DNA of 64,000 nucleotides from Patescibacteria group bacterium. Lineage in GTDB: Bacteria; Patescibacteriota; Patescibacteriia; UBA9934; GWF2-40-263. Below the pieces are notes generated by a model. That model made no database searches, was not told the DNA's origin, and saw only the letters and a program-made list of their open reading frames with translations. Where the stretch lies: the NCBI GenBank assembly GCA_041661745.1, contig JBAZTR010000004.1, positions 12,961 through 76,960 of the forward strand. Reading direction: 5' to 3'. This document shows, piece by piece, positions 19,743-29,109 of this stretch (positions are counted from its first letter, which is position 1; each line of letters starts with the position of its first letter). Position numbers and translations under genes: made by a program.

Positions 19743-19766
19743 TTCCCTCTCCTTCTGACGGCCATA

Positions 19767-19895
19767 CCCCTCACCCCCTGCCCCTCTCCCTGCCAAGATC
19801 AGAGGGGAGAGGGGTTGTAAACTTTGTCACGAAAAGTTCCCCTCCCCCATCTGCTTTTTTAGCAGGGGGAGGGGTTAGGGGAGAGGGGCCAACAC
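19767..19895. repeat. Composite REP-like repeat, copy 2
   Basis: Near-identical to 18815 and 21599 copies. Confidence 0.9.
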
Positions 19896-19912
19896 ATGAG
19901 GGGAGGGCTTTC

Positions 19913-19941
19913 TGGACACAAACCAAAAACAATGTTAAAAA
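19913..19941 (+). promoter_or_regulatory. Cassette promoter B
   Basis: TGGACA-N17-TAAAAA. Confidence 0.75.
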
Positions 19942-19981
19942 CACAAAAGTCGGCAAGCCTCTCGGCGGTGCGGAGGGAAAG

Positions 19982-20434
19982 ATGAAAATCGAACTAACCA
20001 CTCGTATGAGCGTACGTGTGGTCACGGGCGATCTGTCGGCAGACGTCCACCTCGAGGATCGTCGTTTGAAAGCACTGATTGCCCTCGCGTATAAATTCAA
20101 GGGTGAATGCGTCACCCTTGTCATCGATCCGATGATGGAAGAGGAAGCGACCTCGATCATCGACTCGATCGCGGGTCTCAACGGTGAGGGAGCCGACCAG
20201 ACAATCAACGGCCGACGCCTGGATGTGCACGAGCTCAGGGTTGATTGCGGAAACCAGCGCGGTATTGTCGTGAACCCCCACAACCCGAGATGCGATCTGC
20301 TTCTCCTCATGAGCATCGCAATCAAATCAGAACAGCTCACCGTCGAACTGCCGCCAACCGACACCATGGCCGAACTCGTCGACCGAATCTCGGTCTACCC
20401 CTTCCCGCACAAGGAAAGGGTCATGCCAGAATAA
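19982..20434 (+). CDS. GC-rich hypothetical protein with internal duplication
   Basis: GGAGGG SD; VRVVTG..EDRRLKALI and LRVDCG..HNPRCDLLL repeats. Confidence 0.75.
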   Translation: MKIELTTRMSVRVVTGDLSADVHLEDRRLKALIALAYKFKGECVTLVIDPMMEEEATSIIDSIAGLNGEGADQTINGRRLDVHELRVDCGNQRGIVVNPHNPRCDLLLLMSIAIKSEQLTVELPPTDTMAELVDRISVYPFPHKERVMPE

Positions 20435-20484
20435 CTTAGCCACGCTGTAGCTCGCCACGAGCGAAGGCGGGACGCCACCCTCTC

Positions 20485-20510
20485 GATCCTCACCTGAGGA
20501 TCTTTTTATT
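20485..20510 (+). terminator. Cassette terminator GATCCTCACCTGAGGATC + T tract
   Basis: Hairpin followed by Ts. Confidence 0.8.
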
Positions 20511-20556
20511 TCTGGCTGGTCTCCTACTCTCCCAGCTTCCTAGTCTCCTAACACTC

Positions 20557-20585
20557 TGGACACAAATCCAAAACTATGATAAAAA
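20557..20585 (+). promoter_or_regulatory. Cassette promoter C
   Basis: TGGACA-N17-TAAAAA. Confidence 0.75.
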
Positions 20586-20622
20586 TCTGGGTCGCAAATT
20601 CCGCGCGACTCTGGAGGATTCC

Positions 20623-21492
20623 ATGAACGTAATCCATGATGGAGAAACCGGAGGCATCCGGGTGTTCTTCGGGGAAACCGTGATCGACATCGACCCCCGC
20701 GATCCGCGCTGTCATGGGCTGCTCAACGACCGGGGGTTCATGAAGATCGCCAACATCAAGTGCGGTTCGATCTTGATCGTCTTCGGCCGGAGCTTGAGGA
20801 CGAAGACGGCCCGCATGATGGGCGAGATCATGTTCGGCTGGACCCTCACCAATTCCTCGAACTCGCAAATCGTCGCCGAAAGAGGGGTGCGTGTGAGGAT
20901 CGGCGGCTGGAAGCCCATGCCCGTGCCGCACAACTGCGATATGTTCGAGCTCCTCGAACACGCGGACGCGCTGTACTTCGACACGATGGAGATCCGAACG
21001 AAGGCTTCGGAGGTGGCAGCCAGGGCCTTGGGGCCGTTCATCATGATCCCCTTCGTTCCGCCCGAGCCGACCCCGAGCGAACTGGCCATCGCCGAGTTCA
21101 GGAGAAGGACCGGCGTGGAGCCGACTTCGGTGCTGCTCGAAGCAGAGGCCGAGGATGCTCCCGAACCACCGGTGGCGGTTCCGGCTGGCGCCGAAGCGAA
21201 CTCCCCCATCCCCGGCCTCACGCCGGAGCAGGTCAAGAACCTGATCAGGCGATGCGACGAGCTGGGGTTCACCACTCGTGTGACGAACGGCCTCAGGACC
21301 GTCGGATGTGAATTCGTCTACCAGGTGGTGGAAAAAACCGGACCCGAGACGCTCGGGGCCAAGGGCCTCGGTCGCAGGTCCAATAATGAGCTCAGGGTGA
21401 TTCTCGCCGAACTCGGGCTCAGCTTCGGCATGAACTTCACCACCGAACAGCGAGCCGCTCTCGAGCGCCTGGCTCACCAGCTGCCGCGCTGA
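20623..21492 (+). CDS. Unknown N-terminal domain, Pro/Glu/Ala linker, C-terminal alpha-CTD-like domain
   Basis: LIRRCDELGFTTRVTNGL..KGLGRRSNNELRVILAELGLSFGM; GGAGG SD. Confidence 0.85.
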   Translation: MNVIHDGETGGIRVFFGETVIDIDPRDPRCHGLLNDRGFMKIANIKCGSILIVFGRSLRTKTARMMGEIMFGWTLTNSSNSQIVAERGVRVRIGGWKPMPVPHNCDMFELLEHADALYFDTMEIRTKASEVAARALGPFIMIPFVPPEPTPSELAIAEFRRRTGVEPTSVLLEAEAEDAPEPPVAVPAGAEANSPIPGLTPEQVKNLIRRCDELGFTTRVTNGLRTVGCEFVYQVVEKTGPETLGAKGLGRRSNNELRVILAELGLSFGMNFTTEQRAALERLAHQLPR

Positions 21493-21511
21493 TCGCCCCC
21501 CCCTCCCCTTC

Positions 21512-21537
21512 GATCCTCACCTGAGGATCTTTTTTTA
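21512..21537 (+). terminator. Cassette terminator GATCCTCACCTGAGGATC + T tract
   Basis: Identical hairpin to 20485. Confidence 0.8.
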
Positions 21538-21598
21538 ATTCCCTCTCCTTCTGAGCCGTTGTACCCCTCACCCATACCCCCGTGCCGATGTCACCCCC

Positions 21599-21727
21599 CC
21601 CCTCACCCCTGCCCCTCTCCCTGCCAAGATCAGAGGGGAGAGAGGTTGTAGACTTTGGCACAAAAAGTTCCCCTCCCCCATCTGCTTTTTTAGCAGGGGG
21701 AGGGGTTAGGGGAGAGGGGCCAACACG
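21599..21727. repeat. Composite REP-like repeat, copy 3
   Basis: Near-identical to copy 2. Confidence 0.9.
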
Positions 21728-21792
21728 TGAGGGGAGGATTGAGGAGAGGGCCGACTGGACATCCTAATAGCATCTGGTAAACTAAAAATATT

Positions 21793-21867
21793 ATGAAAGG
21801 CTTAACCGCCCAATTTGGCTTCTTTAGCTTCTGCTTTACCAAAGCGGGTGGTTTAGTTCTCTCTTAA
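21793..21867 (+). CDS. Phe-rich attenuator leader peptide MKGLTAQFGFFSFCFTKAGGLVLS
   Basis: Five Phe in eight codons; promoter TGGACA-N16-TAAACT upstream; alternative pairings downstream. Confidence 0.75.
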   Translation: MKGLTAQFGFFSFCFTKAGGLVLS

Positions 21868-21878
21868 AAGATAAATAA

Positions 21879-21919
21879 GAGGCCGCCCGCGTTCCCACGC
21901 GAGCGGTCTTTTGTTTTGT
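21879..21919 (+). terminator. Attenuator terminator
   Basis: GAGGCCGCCCGCG-TTCCCA-CGCGAGCGGTCTT + TTGTTTTGT; 5' arm also complementary to GCGGGTGGTT in the leader. Confidence 0.75.
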
Positions 21920-21953
21920 CCCTGATCCCGTAACCAGGCAAGGAGGAAAAGTC

Positions 21954-22115
21954 ATGGCCGCCACGAACCAAAACCGTGAAGATCCGCGTCGCTACACTGA
22001 AACGACCGACACTACCGGACAGCGTCTGGCCGTTGATCAGGACGGCAACAAGTTCCTTCTTCGGGCGGACCAGATCGTCTACAACGGTCAGGTCTACAAT
22101 CTCGGGGGCTTCTAG
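21954..22115 (+). CDS. 53-aa hypothetical protein MAATNQNREDPRRY...VYNLGGF
   Basis: AGGAGG SD, GC-ending codons, terminator CGGCAGAA..TTCTGCCG-T7 downstream; below the ORF track cutoff. Confidence 0.7.
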   Translation: MAATNQNREDPRRYTETTDTTGQRLAVDQDGNKFLLRADQIVYNGQVYNLGGF

Positions 22116-22190
22116 TTCCCCACTCTCTCGGCAGAAAACACTTCTGCCGTTTTTTTATTAAACAAGCTAGCCTCCTAGTCTCCTAGCATC

Positions 22191-23666
22191 CTACCGCACC
22201 TTCTTCGTCACATTAAATCCAAGATACTTCCCCAACATAAGGCGAGTCTGCGCATCAATGGCCGGTGCGGCTCCGAACACCGTAAAAGTAATGGGAAGAA
22301 GAAGCCACTGAAAAATCATGACAATCCAAGCGGTTGCTTTCACGGTCTTTGGTCGTGGTGGCAACATGGTTAAGGACAAGCCGGCGGTAATAAAGGCTCC
22401 ACCCATGGCTAGTCGCATAATCCATTCCAAAGTAAAAGGCGCGGCATGAATAATGGCCGAGCCACTGCCGGCCGCCACCCATAGCGGCAAATAACCAAGG
22501 GCAAAAATAAGAATCGGCGCCGTGGCCCAGGTGTACATGCCCTCAATATGATTGAAAAGATATTTAATTTTCTTGTTCAAGGGAATGAGCTTATCTTTTT
22601 TAAAGGCATCAACCATGACCGGAAAGTGTTCGACACCCCAAGCCCAGCGACGCTGCTGTTTGTACAAGGCTTTTAAACTCTCCCAATAGTTGGCGCCAAC
22701 GACCGTGTCCATGGAAACCGGCAAAAACATCGGTACCACGCGATAGTCGCCGTGGTATTTAAGGAAAGCTTGCAGAAAAATTCGCGAATCTTCCGAGACA
22801 ATATCTTTTTGCCAAAAATCAACATCAACTAACATTTTCCACGGCATGGAGTGCGAAGAAAAAGTCCAAAGTCGGTCCGAGCGAGCCAATTCCGTCAAAA
22901 GCCAAAAAACCGTACCAAAGGCGGCAATTCTAACCGGGGCGCGCGAGGTCCAAATATTATTGGAAAACAGGACAACTGGTTGATATGAGGCGTGCGTTGG
23001 ATTCGGCGAAGTTAAATACAAATACGAAAGGCAGGCGAAGTACGATGGGTGTACGACAGTGTCGACGTCAAACGAGGAAACAATAATATCTTCGGCTGGG
23101 ATATCAGAAAACTCACTGGCCAAAATCTTTTTAACTTCGTGGCCGGAATAATTAAGGTTGGAACCTTTACCGGGAATTTCGTCAGGCAGACCAACCGGAT
23201 GTTCGGTAACAATAATTTTTTTGAAGGTTTTGCTAAATTCCTGTGAAATAATCGCCGCGTTTTTTTGGAAACGCTCGTGATCACGTCCTTCACCGGCCAA
23301 GACAATAATCATTTTGTCCTTGGGGTAATGGGTCGCGGCAATGGAACGCAAGGTTTCACGAATAATTTCCGTGCTTTCTTTATAAGTCGGCAAGAAAATT
23401 AAATGATGCAGGCGCTGCCAATTATTTTGTTTTTGTAAGTCAGCAAACCAATCATACTTAATGGCGTGTTTGTATTCGCGCCAGGAAAGCAGCATGAAAA
23501 TGGCAAAATAAACAATTCTAAAAAACCAATAAAGGTCAAAAACAATAATAAAGACAACGGGAATAATTGGCGCGACAAACGACAAAACAATCGCCAAAAT
23601 TAAAGTCGTCCAGACCAAGGCGCCGGGGAAAATTTCCCAAATTCGATTTTTGCCATATGTCGACAT
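22191..23666 (-). CDS. Membrane glycosyltransferase family 2
   Basis: GKGSNL, FDVD, SED, QQRRWAWG. Confidence 0.9.
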   Translation of the reverse strand: MSTYGKNRIWEIFPGALVWTTLILAIVLSFVAPIIPVVFIIVFDLYWFFRIVYFAIFMLLSWREYKHAIKYDWFADLQKQNNWQRLHHLIFLPTYKESTEIIRETLRSIAATHYPKDKMIIVLAGEGRDHERFQKNAAIISQEFSKTFKKIIVTEHPVGLPDEIPGKGSNLNYSGHEVKKILASEFSDIPAEDIIVSSFDVDTVVHPSYFACLSYLYLTSPNPTHASYQPVVLFSNNIWTSRAPVRIAAFGTVFWLLTELARSDRLWTFSSHSMPWKMLVDVDFWQKDIVSEDSRIFLQAFLKYHGDYRVVPMFLPVSMDTVVGANYWESLKALYKQQRRWAWGVEHFPVMVDAFKKDKLIPLNKKIKYLFNHIEGMYTWATAPILIFALGYLPLWVAAGSGSAIIHAAPFTLEWIMRLAMGGAFITAGLSLTMLPPRPKTVKATAWIVMIFQWLLLPITFTVFGAAPAIDAQTRLMLGKYLGFNVTKKVR

Positions 23667-23712
23667 AGAAATTTCCCCTCCCCTTACGAAGGGGAGGGGT
23701 TAAGGGGTGAGG

Positions 23713-24387
23713 TTAGGACGAAATATCTTGTTTCAACTTATCCAAAACGCGCGCCGCGTGTTCGCGGCCACCAAGTCCAAAAGCCAAACCACCGGCCAAA
23801 GCCAGCATGGCCACAAAGCCGGTAAAAAGAACACTAATAAGATCCTCGGCAATTTGTAATTGAATCAAAGCGGCCATGAAGGTGAACACCAGAATTGCCC
23901 AGCGGGCCAAGCTGGCCAAAAAATCAGCCGAAGCAAGTTTGGCCGCGGCCACTGCCGACTTAACCAGCTTGTGTACAAAGTTAGCAAGGACAGTTCCAAA
24001 AAACAGCATGATCACGGCAATAATAACGTTTGGCAAATACAACACGATTTGTTTCAAATAATCAGTCACTTGGTCCCAACCAAGAATATCGGTCGCGGCA
24101 ATCAACGAAACAACAATCAAAAACCACTTAACAATCCAGCCCAACAGTTTGCTGATTTTAAAAGGCAAACCATAACGTTCAAATATCTGTGGCACTTCGA
24201 ACTTTTTGGCCAATAAATCGATCTTTAAAAGAACGATTATTTTTTCAACAACGCGTTGCAAGACCAATGCAAAAATTAAACCAACAATGAAAATAGCCAA
24301 CGCGCCAAAAAATTGCGGCAAAAAATCCAGGATGACTTTCCAAAGTTCTATTAGAGAACTCTGCGCCAAATCGAATGTTGTAGGCAT
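23713..24387 (-). CDS. CmpX/MscS TM-helix repeat protein
   Basis: YLPNVIIA repeat, ALAGGLAFGLGGR. Confidence 0.8.
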   Translation of the reverse strand: MPTTFDLAQSSLIELWKVILDFLPQFFGALAIFIVGLIFALVLQRVVEKIIVLLKIDLLAKKFEVPQIFERYGLPFKISKLLGWIVKWFLIVVSLIAATDILGWDQVTDYLKQIVLYLPNVIIAVIMLFFGTVLANFVHKLVKSAVAAAKLASADFLASLARWAILVFTFMAALIQLQIAEDLISVLFTGFVAMLALAGGLAFGLGGREHAARVLDKLKQDISS

Positions 24388-24395
24388 ATGTTTTT

Positions 24396-24478
24396 TAGTG
24401 GGTAGGTGTGTAGTAGGTAGTATGTAGGCAAAAGTTCCCGACTAGATCTATTGCCTACCCACTACATACTACATACTC
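24396..24478. repeat. Heptamer-armed inverted repeat element, copy 3
   Basis: Same core as 7651 copy. Confidence 0.9.
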
Positions 24479-24881
24479 AAACCTTTTTAATAGTAATATG
24501 AGGCGGCCGATCGTAAACCGGGGTAACAAAACCTTCGGTTTTTTGTTTTACCCAAATAGCGCCGGATGTTCGGATCATTTCTTCCCCACCCTGGCGGGCC
24601 GCGTTTTCTACACCAATCACTAAAAGTTTCTTGGCAAAGGCTAAAGCATTGGCAATGGTGACAATAATCCTGGTCGAGGTAAACGAACCTGGGCCGGAAA
24701 CCACCACAATCTTTTCCAGGGCTTCTGGCGAAACCAAGTGATCGTGCAAAAATTCGGCGGTCGTGGCCAAATAACCCTCGGGGGCAACGGTAAATTCCTG
24801 AAACGAAAGAAGACGACCTTCGCTATCAAGAAGGCCGGCTTCCATTCGAGTAATATCTTGAGCGGCCAAGAATAAAATCAT
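24477..24881 (-). CDS. tsaB: Short TsaB (YeaZ)-like protein
   Basis: IVVVSGPGSFTSTRI..ANALAF; only 134 aa. Confidence 0.8.
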   Translation of the reverse strand: MILFLAAQDITRMEAGLLDSEGRLLSFQEFTVAPEGYLATTAEFLHDHLVSPEALEKIVVVSGPGSFTSTRIIVTIANALAFAKKLLVIGVENAARQGGEEMIRTSGAIWVKQKTEGFVTPVYDRPPHITIKKV

Positions 24882-25528
24882 GAATTTTTTTCAATTTTTT
24901 CGGCCACGGTCGGCTCGGCGACCACATGCAACTTATCGACCATGACAACTTTCTCGCCTTCCAGAATGGCAAAAAGGAAGCGATCGGTAATCTGCCGGCG
25001 ATAATTAAACTCCTCCCGCGGCATTAAAGTATAATTTATTTCGTAGCCCAGTTCAGCTTCAAACTCGCTCACTACTTTTTGCAAAGTTTTTTGATCAATA
25101 CTGCCAACAATCAAAATATCGGTTTGCACGTTGGTATTGTCGACAAAACGACCGGTAAAAATCAACAAGTCAACGTCACCGCGCGTTTTAATTTCTTGAA
25201 CAAGGTTTTGTTTCAAAAGAATTTGAATTTTTCTGAAGAGATTCCTAAGATCGTGAAAAAGCAAAAAATTGGTGTTCGCAGTATAAAACTTTTTTCGCTC
25301 CGAAAGAACCTTGGCCCGACCGGCAACGGCTCCGTGGTTTTCAATAACCAAACCAATCTCAATAAGGTTTTGTAATTCGCGTCGAACCGAATTAAGCTGG
25401 GCCGAAATCTTTCGCGTCAGTTCACGAACAAAATATGACTGTTCGGGGTTTTCCAAAAAGAGACCGAGGAGGCGCGCTCGTGTTTTTGAGCCAAACAACT
25501 GTTCGATTCGGAAATTAGGGGTAGCCAT
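24878..25528 (-). CDS. wHTH plus nucleotidyltransferase-like fold protein
   Basis: LFGSKTRARLL, VRELTR, SVRRELQNL, DILIVG, EINYT. Confidence 0.75.
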   Translation of the reverse strand: MATPNFRIEQLFGSKTRARLLGLFLENPEQSYFVRELTRKISAQLNSVRRELQNLIEIGLVIENHGAVAGRAKVLSERKKFYTANTNFLLFHDLRNLFRKIQILLKQNLVQEIKTRGDVDLLIFTGRFVDNTNVQTDILIVGSIDQKTLQKVVSEFEAELGYEINYTLMPREEFNYRRQITDRFLFAILEGEKVVMVDKLHVVAEPTVAEKIEKNS

Positions 25529-25644
25529 AAGGTAATTTACCGATCCTCCACTGGTGGACAAAACCCAGCTAGGCTAGGCGTTGCTATTGTTATTTCCTAA
25601 GGTATAATGTACACGAAAAGTATAGGAAAGAGCAACCTCTAAAT

Positions 25645-27786
25645 ATGGACGATGAAATTCTTCTCTTAAAAACCGCGGTAATTGAGGAAAACCGCGAAAA
25701 CGGCCGCGAAATAGCCATGGCCGTAACCTTGCCTGTGGAAAACCGCAACGGTTTTGTCTTTGGCGTGGCCGAAGCCAAAAGTCGTTCGGTTTTTGCCGAG
25801 GCAATCGCGCAAATTATCCACGATCGCCTAACCAAGTTGGCTGACACCCTGCAAGAAAGCATTAGTGTGCCCCGGCGCTTTGAACAAACTTTGGAAGCGA
25901 TCAACGAAGAAATCGCCGCTCGCGCCGCGGAAATGGAAACTTTTAATCCGGCTGACCTAAACGCCATTATTGGTTTGGCTGTTGATAAAACCTTGTATCT
26001 TTCCGGAACTGGCGAACTGCCGGCAATTTTTCTTCACAAATTGCCCGAGGGCAAATATCAGGTTTTCAATCTGGCCCGCAGTATTCAAACCGAACAAGCT
26101 TCCATAAGTTGGCAGAAAGTTTTTGTTGTGGTTTTGGATGGTGACTTAAATCCCGGTGATGTTTTCTGTGTCTGCAGTCGCGATTTGCAACGCGAAATGC
26201 CGCCCGAAGAATTACACTCGCTTTTGGCCACCCTGCCCCCGCAAAGCGCGGCCGTAAAGTTGCGTCAATATTTTCCTTTAGAAATCGACCTTTCCATGTT
26301 TATCTTGCGCGTCGGTGGTGACGAAGAACGCACACATATCTCCGCGCCAGCTTCTTTAAAGCAACTGCAGGCGTCGCGCGAACAAACAAAACGAGTGTTG
26401 TCCGATCAAAAACCAACTTTTTTCAAAACTCTTTTTGCCTGGGCTTTCACCTTATTAAAAGATCAGCGTGGTTTTGCTCGACTTCTTAAAAGTTTTATCC
26501 GAATTCTTATTAGCGCTGTCATAATTGTCTTTTCCATGCTGCACGATTTGGTAATGTGGCTGGTTCGTTTAGTTCGACGCCTAATTTCACCCGATAGAAA
26601 AGAAGTGTTTGCCGAAACCAAAGCGCGTTTTGATGGTGGCCGGCAGTTTGTTCGTGAAAAATTTCACCGCTTACCAAAAACCAGCCGATATCTTTTACTC
26701 GCAGCCGTAGCTTTGATTATTATTATCGTGGCCAGTATTTTCATGATCTCTCGTGGCCGGGTGGCCAGCGAAGAGCGCGCAGCTTTTGAAGCCTCCATCA
26801 CTCGCGTTGAATCACTGCACGACGCCGCGGAAAGCGCTTTAATTTATAAGGACGAAGCTAAAGCTAAATCCTTATTAACTCAAGCGGAAACAGCTTTGAA
26901 CGCCATTGTTACTGACGACAAGGAACAGCTGGCCCGCATTGCCGAAGTTAAAGCTGAAGTCTCGGGCACGGCCAACGAACTGCGCCGCGTGGTAGAAGTT
27001 GAAAATCCTGAAGTTATGGCCAGTGTGGCCGCCCCGTTAGTTTTGTCGGCCATGACCGCGGCTAACAACAACATTTATATTTTTGGTAATGATAAAAACG
27101 TTTACATCTTAAATTCCAACGACAAAAAATTGGATTACGCCGCGGGCATTGAATTTAGCGCGGCCGCGGGCGCGACGACTGATGGCAGCATGATGCTTTG
27201 GCTTGATGACAAATCGGTTATTAATCTTTTTGACACCGCCCCTAATGGAACACCGAAAGTTGGCACCAGTGCCCCGACCGGCGAAACCTGGGTTGATCTT
27301 TATGCTTATGGCGATCGGGTTTACGTTTTGTCGCCAGGCAGCGGTTTAACCTCGCAAGTTTACAAACTAATCCGCACTGGCACTGATCTTGGCGGAGCCA
27401 CGGCTTGGATTAAGTCACCTATCACCGAACTTTCCGACGCCGTTTCTTTGGCTGTCGATGGCACAGTCTTTATTCTCCGCTCCAATGGAAACGTTTTGCG
27501 CTTCGTAAGCGGTCGCGATGTTGCTTGGTCACAAGCGGCCATTGAACCGGCTCTAACTTCAGCCACCGACATCTGGACCTCGGCCGAAAGCTCGTATGTT
27601 TATGTTCTCGACCCCGCCGGCCAGCGCCTGGTGGTTTACGAAAAAGAAACCGGCCTCTTAATCGCACAATATCATTCCTCGACCTTCGCCAACCTCACCG
27701 ACTTCTCTGTTGACGAAGCGAATAAGACAATTTATCTCACGGGAACAAACAATGTTTACAAGATCAGTGCTACGCATATTAAATAA
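25645..27786 (+). CDS. Membrane protein with PP2C-like N-domain and C-terminal beta-propeller
   Basis: GDLNPGDVFCVCS; TM near aa 350-370; repeated beta-strand motifs (VYVLDP). Confidence 0.7.
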   Translation: MDDEILLLKTAVIEENRENGREIAMAVTLPVENRNGFVFGVAEAKSRSVFAEAIAQIIHDRLTKLADTLQESISVPRRFEQTLEAINEEIAARAAEMETFNPADLNAIIGLAVDKTLYLSGTGELPAIFLHKLPEGKYQVFNLARSIQTEQASISWQKVFVVVLDGDLNPGDVFCVCSRDLQREMPPEELHSLLATLPPQSAAVKLRQYFPLEIDLSMFILRVGGDEERTHISAPASLKQLQASREQTKRVLSDQKPTFFKTLFAWAFTLLKDQRGFARLLKSFIRILISAVIIVFSMLHDLVMWLVRLVRRLISPDRKEVFAETKARFDGGRQFVREKFHRLPKTSRYLLLAAVALIIIIVASIFMISRGRVASEERAAFEASITRVESLHDAAESALIYKDEAKAKSLLTQAETALNAIVTDDKEQLARIAEVKAEVSGTANELRRVVEVENPEVMASVAAPLVLSAMTAANNNIYIFGNDKNVYILNSNDKKLDYAAGIEFSAAAGATTDGSMMLWLDDKSVINLFDTAPNGTPKVGTSAPTGETWVDLYAYGDRVYVLSPGSGLTSQVYKLIRTGTDLGGATAWIKSPITELSDAVSLAVDGTVFILRSNGNVLRFVSGRDVAWSQAAIEPALTSATDIWTSAESSYVYVLDPAGQRLVVYEKETGLLIAQYHSSTFANLTDFSVDEANKTIYLTGTNNVYKISATHIK

Positions 27787-27838
27787 TCCCAAAACAAAAA
27801 CCACCGGCCTAAACCGATGGTTTTTTGTTTGGTTGAAA

Positions 27839-28237
27839 TTATTTCAATTCAGCCTTACCGCCAGCTTCTTCGATTTTCTTTTTCATTTCTTCGGCAGCGG
27901 CTTTGTCAACGCCTTCTTTGATCATCTTCGGGGCGCCGTCGACCAAATCCTTGGCTTCTTTAAGTCCAAGACCGGTCACTTCACGGACGACTTTGATGAC
28001 GCCGATTTTGTTGTCACCAGTGGCCGTCAACTCGACGTTGAAAGAGGTTTTCTCTTCAGCGGCGGCAGCACCACCAGGCGCGGCGGCCATCATCATAGCT
28101 GGAGCCGAGGCGGAAACGCCGAACTTCTCTTCAAGGACCTTAACCAATTCGGCCAGGTCAAGAACGGACATTTTTTCGATTTCTTCGACCAAAGCTTTGA
28201 ACTTGGCCGGGACTTCGACAATTTTTTCGTCAGACAT
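27839..28237 (-). CDS. rplL: 50S ribosomal protein L7/L12
   Basis: [30 protein letters not shown]. Confidence 0.98.
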   Translation of the reverse strand: MSDEKIVEVPAKFKALVEEIEKMSVLDLAELVKVLEEKFGVSASAPAMMMAAAPGGAAAAEEKTSFNVELTATGDNKIGVIKVVREVTGLGLKEAKDLVDGAPKMIKEGVDKAAAEEMKKKIEEAGGKAELK

Positions 28238-28249
28238 ATTTTTAGGTTC

Positions 28250-28322
28250 GAGTATGTAGTATGTAGTGGGTAGGCAATAGATTTAATGAAACTTTTGCCT
28301 ACATACTACCTACTACGTACTA
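28250..28322. repeat. Heptamer-armed inverted repeat element, copy 4 (between rplJ and rplL)
   Basis: Same as 2998 copy. Confidence 0.9.
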
Positions 28323-28341
28323 AAAATCTTTAGTTATTTAA

Positions 28342-28866
28342 TTAAACCTTCTTTTCTTGCACCGCTTTAAGGACTGTCACCAGCCCGCGCAAGTTGCCGG
28401 CCAAGACATTAACGAATCCGGAGACTGGAGCATTGAGAGAACCGACCAATTTGGAAAGGAGTTCGATTTTGCTGGGCAAGGCTGCGAGTTTTTTGACCTC
28501 ACCGGCATCAACCAGTTTGCCCTCAAGCACGCCGCCCAAGATTTTTACCGTGTCCCTTGTTTTAACGAGGTTAGCCAAGACCTTGGCGGCCGAGACTTCA
28601 TCGTCGAAAGCAAAGGCGGAAAGAATACTGCCCTCAAAGCCGGAAGGATCAACGGCCTCTTGGCCGGCTTCCTTAGCCGCAATTTTGAGCAATGTCTTTT
28701 TTGATACCACGACTTCCACCCCGGCCTTGCGACCTTTGGTACGAAGATCATCGGCATCCTTCATGGTGAATCCGGAAATGGAGGCAAAGGCCGCCGCTTT
28801 CATGCGACGAAACTTGTCGGCCAAATCGGCCACCATGGCTTCTTTTTGTACGCGTGTTTTTGCCAT
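28342..28866 (-). CDS. rplJ: 50S ribosomal protein L10
   Basis: VSKKTLLKIA, LAALPSKIELL; adjacent to rplL; start 28866. Confidence 0.95.
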   Translation of the reverse strand: MAKTRVQKEAMVADLADKFRRMKAAAFASISGFTMKDADDLRTKGRKAGVEVVVSKKTLLKIAAKEAGQEAVDPSGFEGSILSAFAFDDEVSAAKVLANLVKTRDTVKILGGVLEGKLVDAGEVKKLAALPSKIELLSKLVGSLNAPVSGFVNVLAGNLRGLVTVLKAVQEKKV

Positions 28867-28924
28867 ATAGTATCGACCTTTAGAATTAAAATGTTTGATT
28901 TTGGATTCAGACATTTTAATTTTT

Positions 28925-29036
28925 AAATAAAAACTGCGGAATAAAGCCGCAGGAAACAATCTATCTGGAAGATCCAGATTTTTTGCCTCGACGAGACTTA
29001 TGCCTTTTGGGCGACTCGTGTTCTACGGCTATCTTT
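28925..29036 (-). promoter_or_regulatory. L10 leader RNA with terminator
   Basis: CCGTAGAACACGAG..CTCGTCGAGG kink-turn-like stem; CTGCGG..CCGCAG-T terminator; promoter TTGACG-N17-TATACT upstream. Confidence 0.75.
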
Positions 29037-29109
29037 AGTTCGAAAACAGTATAAATCAAAAAGAAAAAGGCGTCAAGAGGACGCCAGGAAGCAAGGAGCA
29101 CGAAGCCGA

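Noticed and set aside
20548-21477. 309-aa antisense ORF
   Set aside because: Shadow of a GC3-biased gene; the SD, promoter and alpha-CTD similarity are on the plus strand
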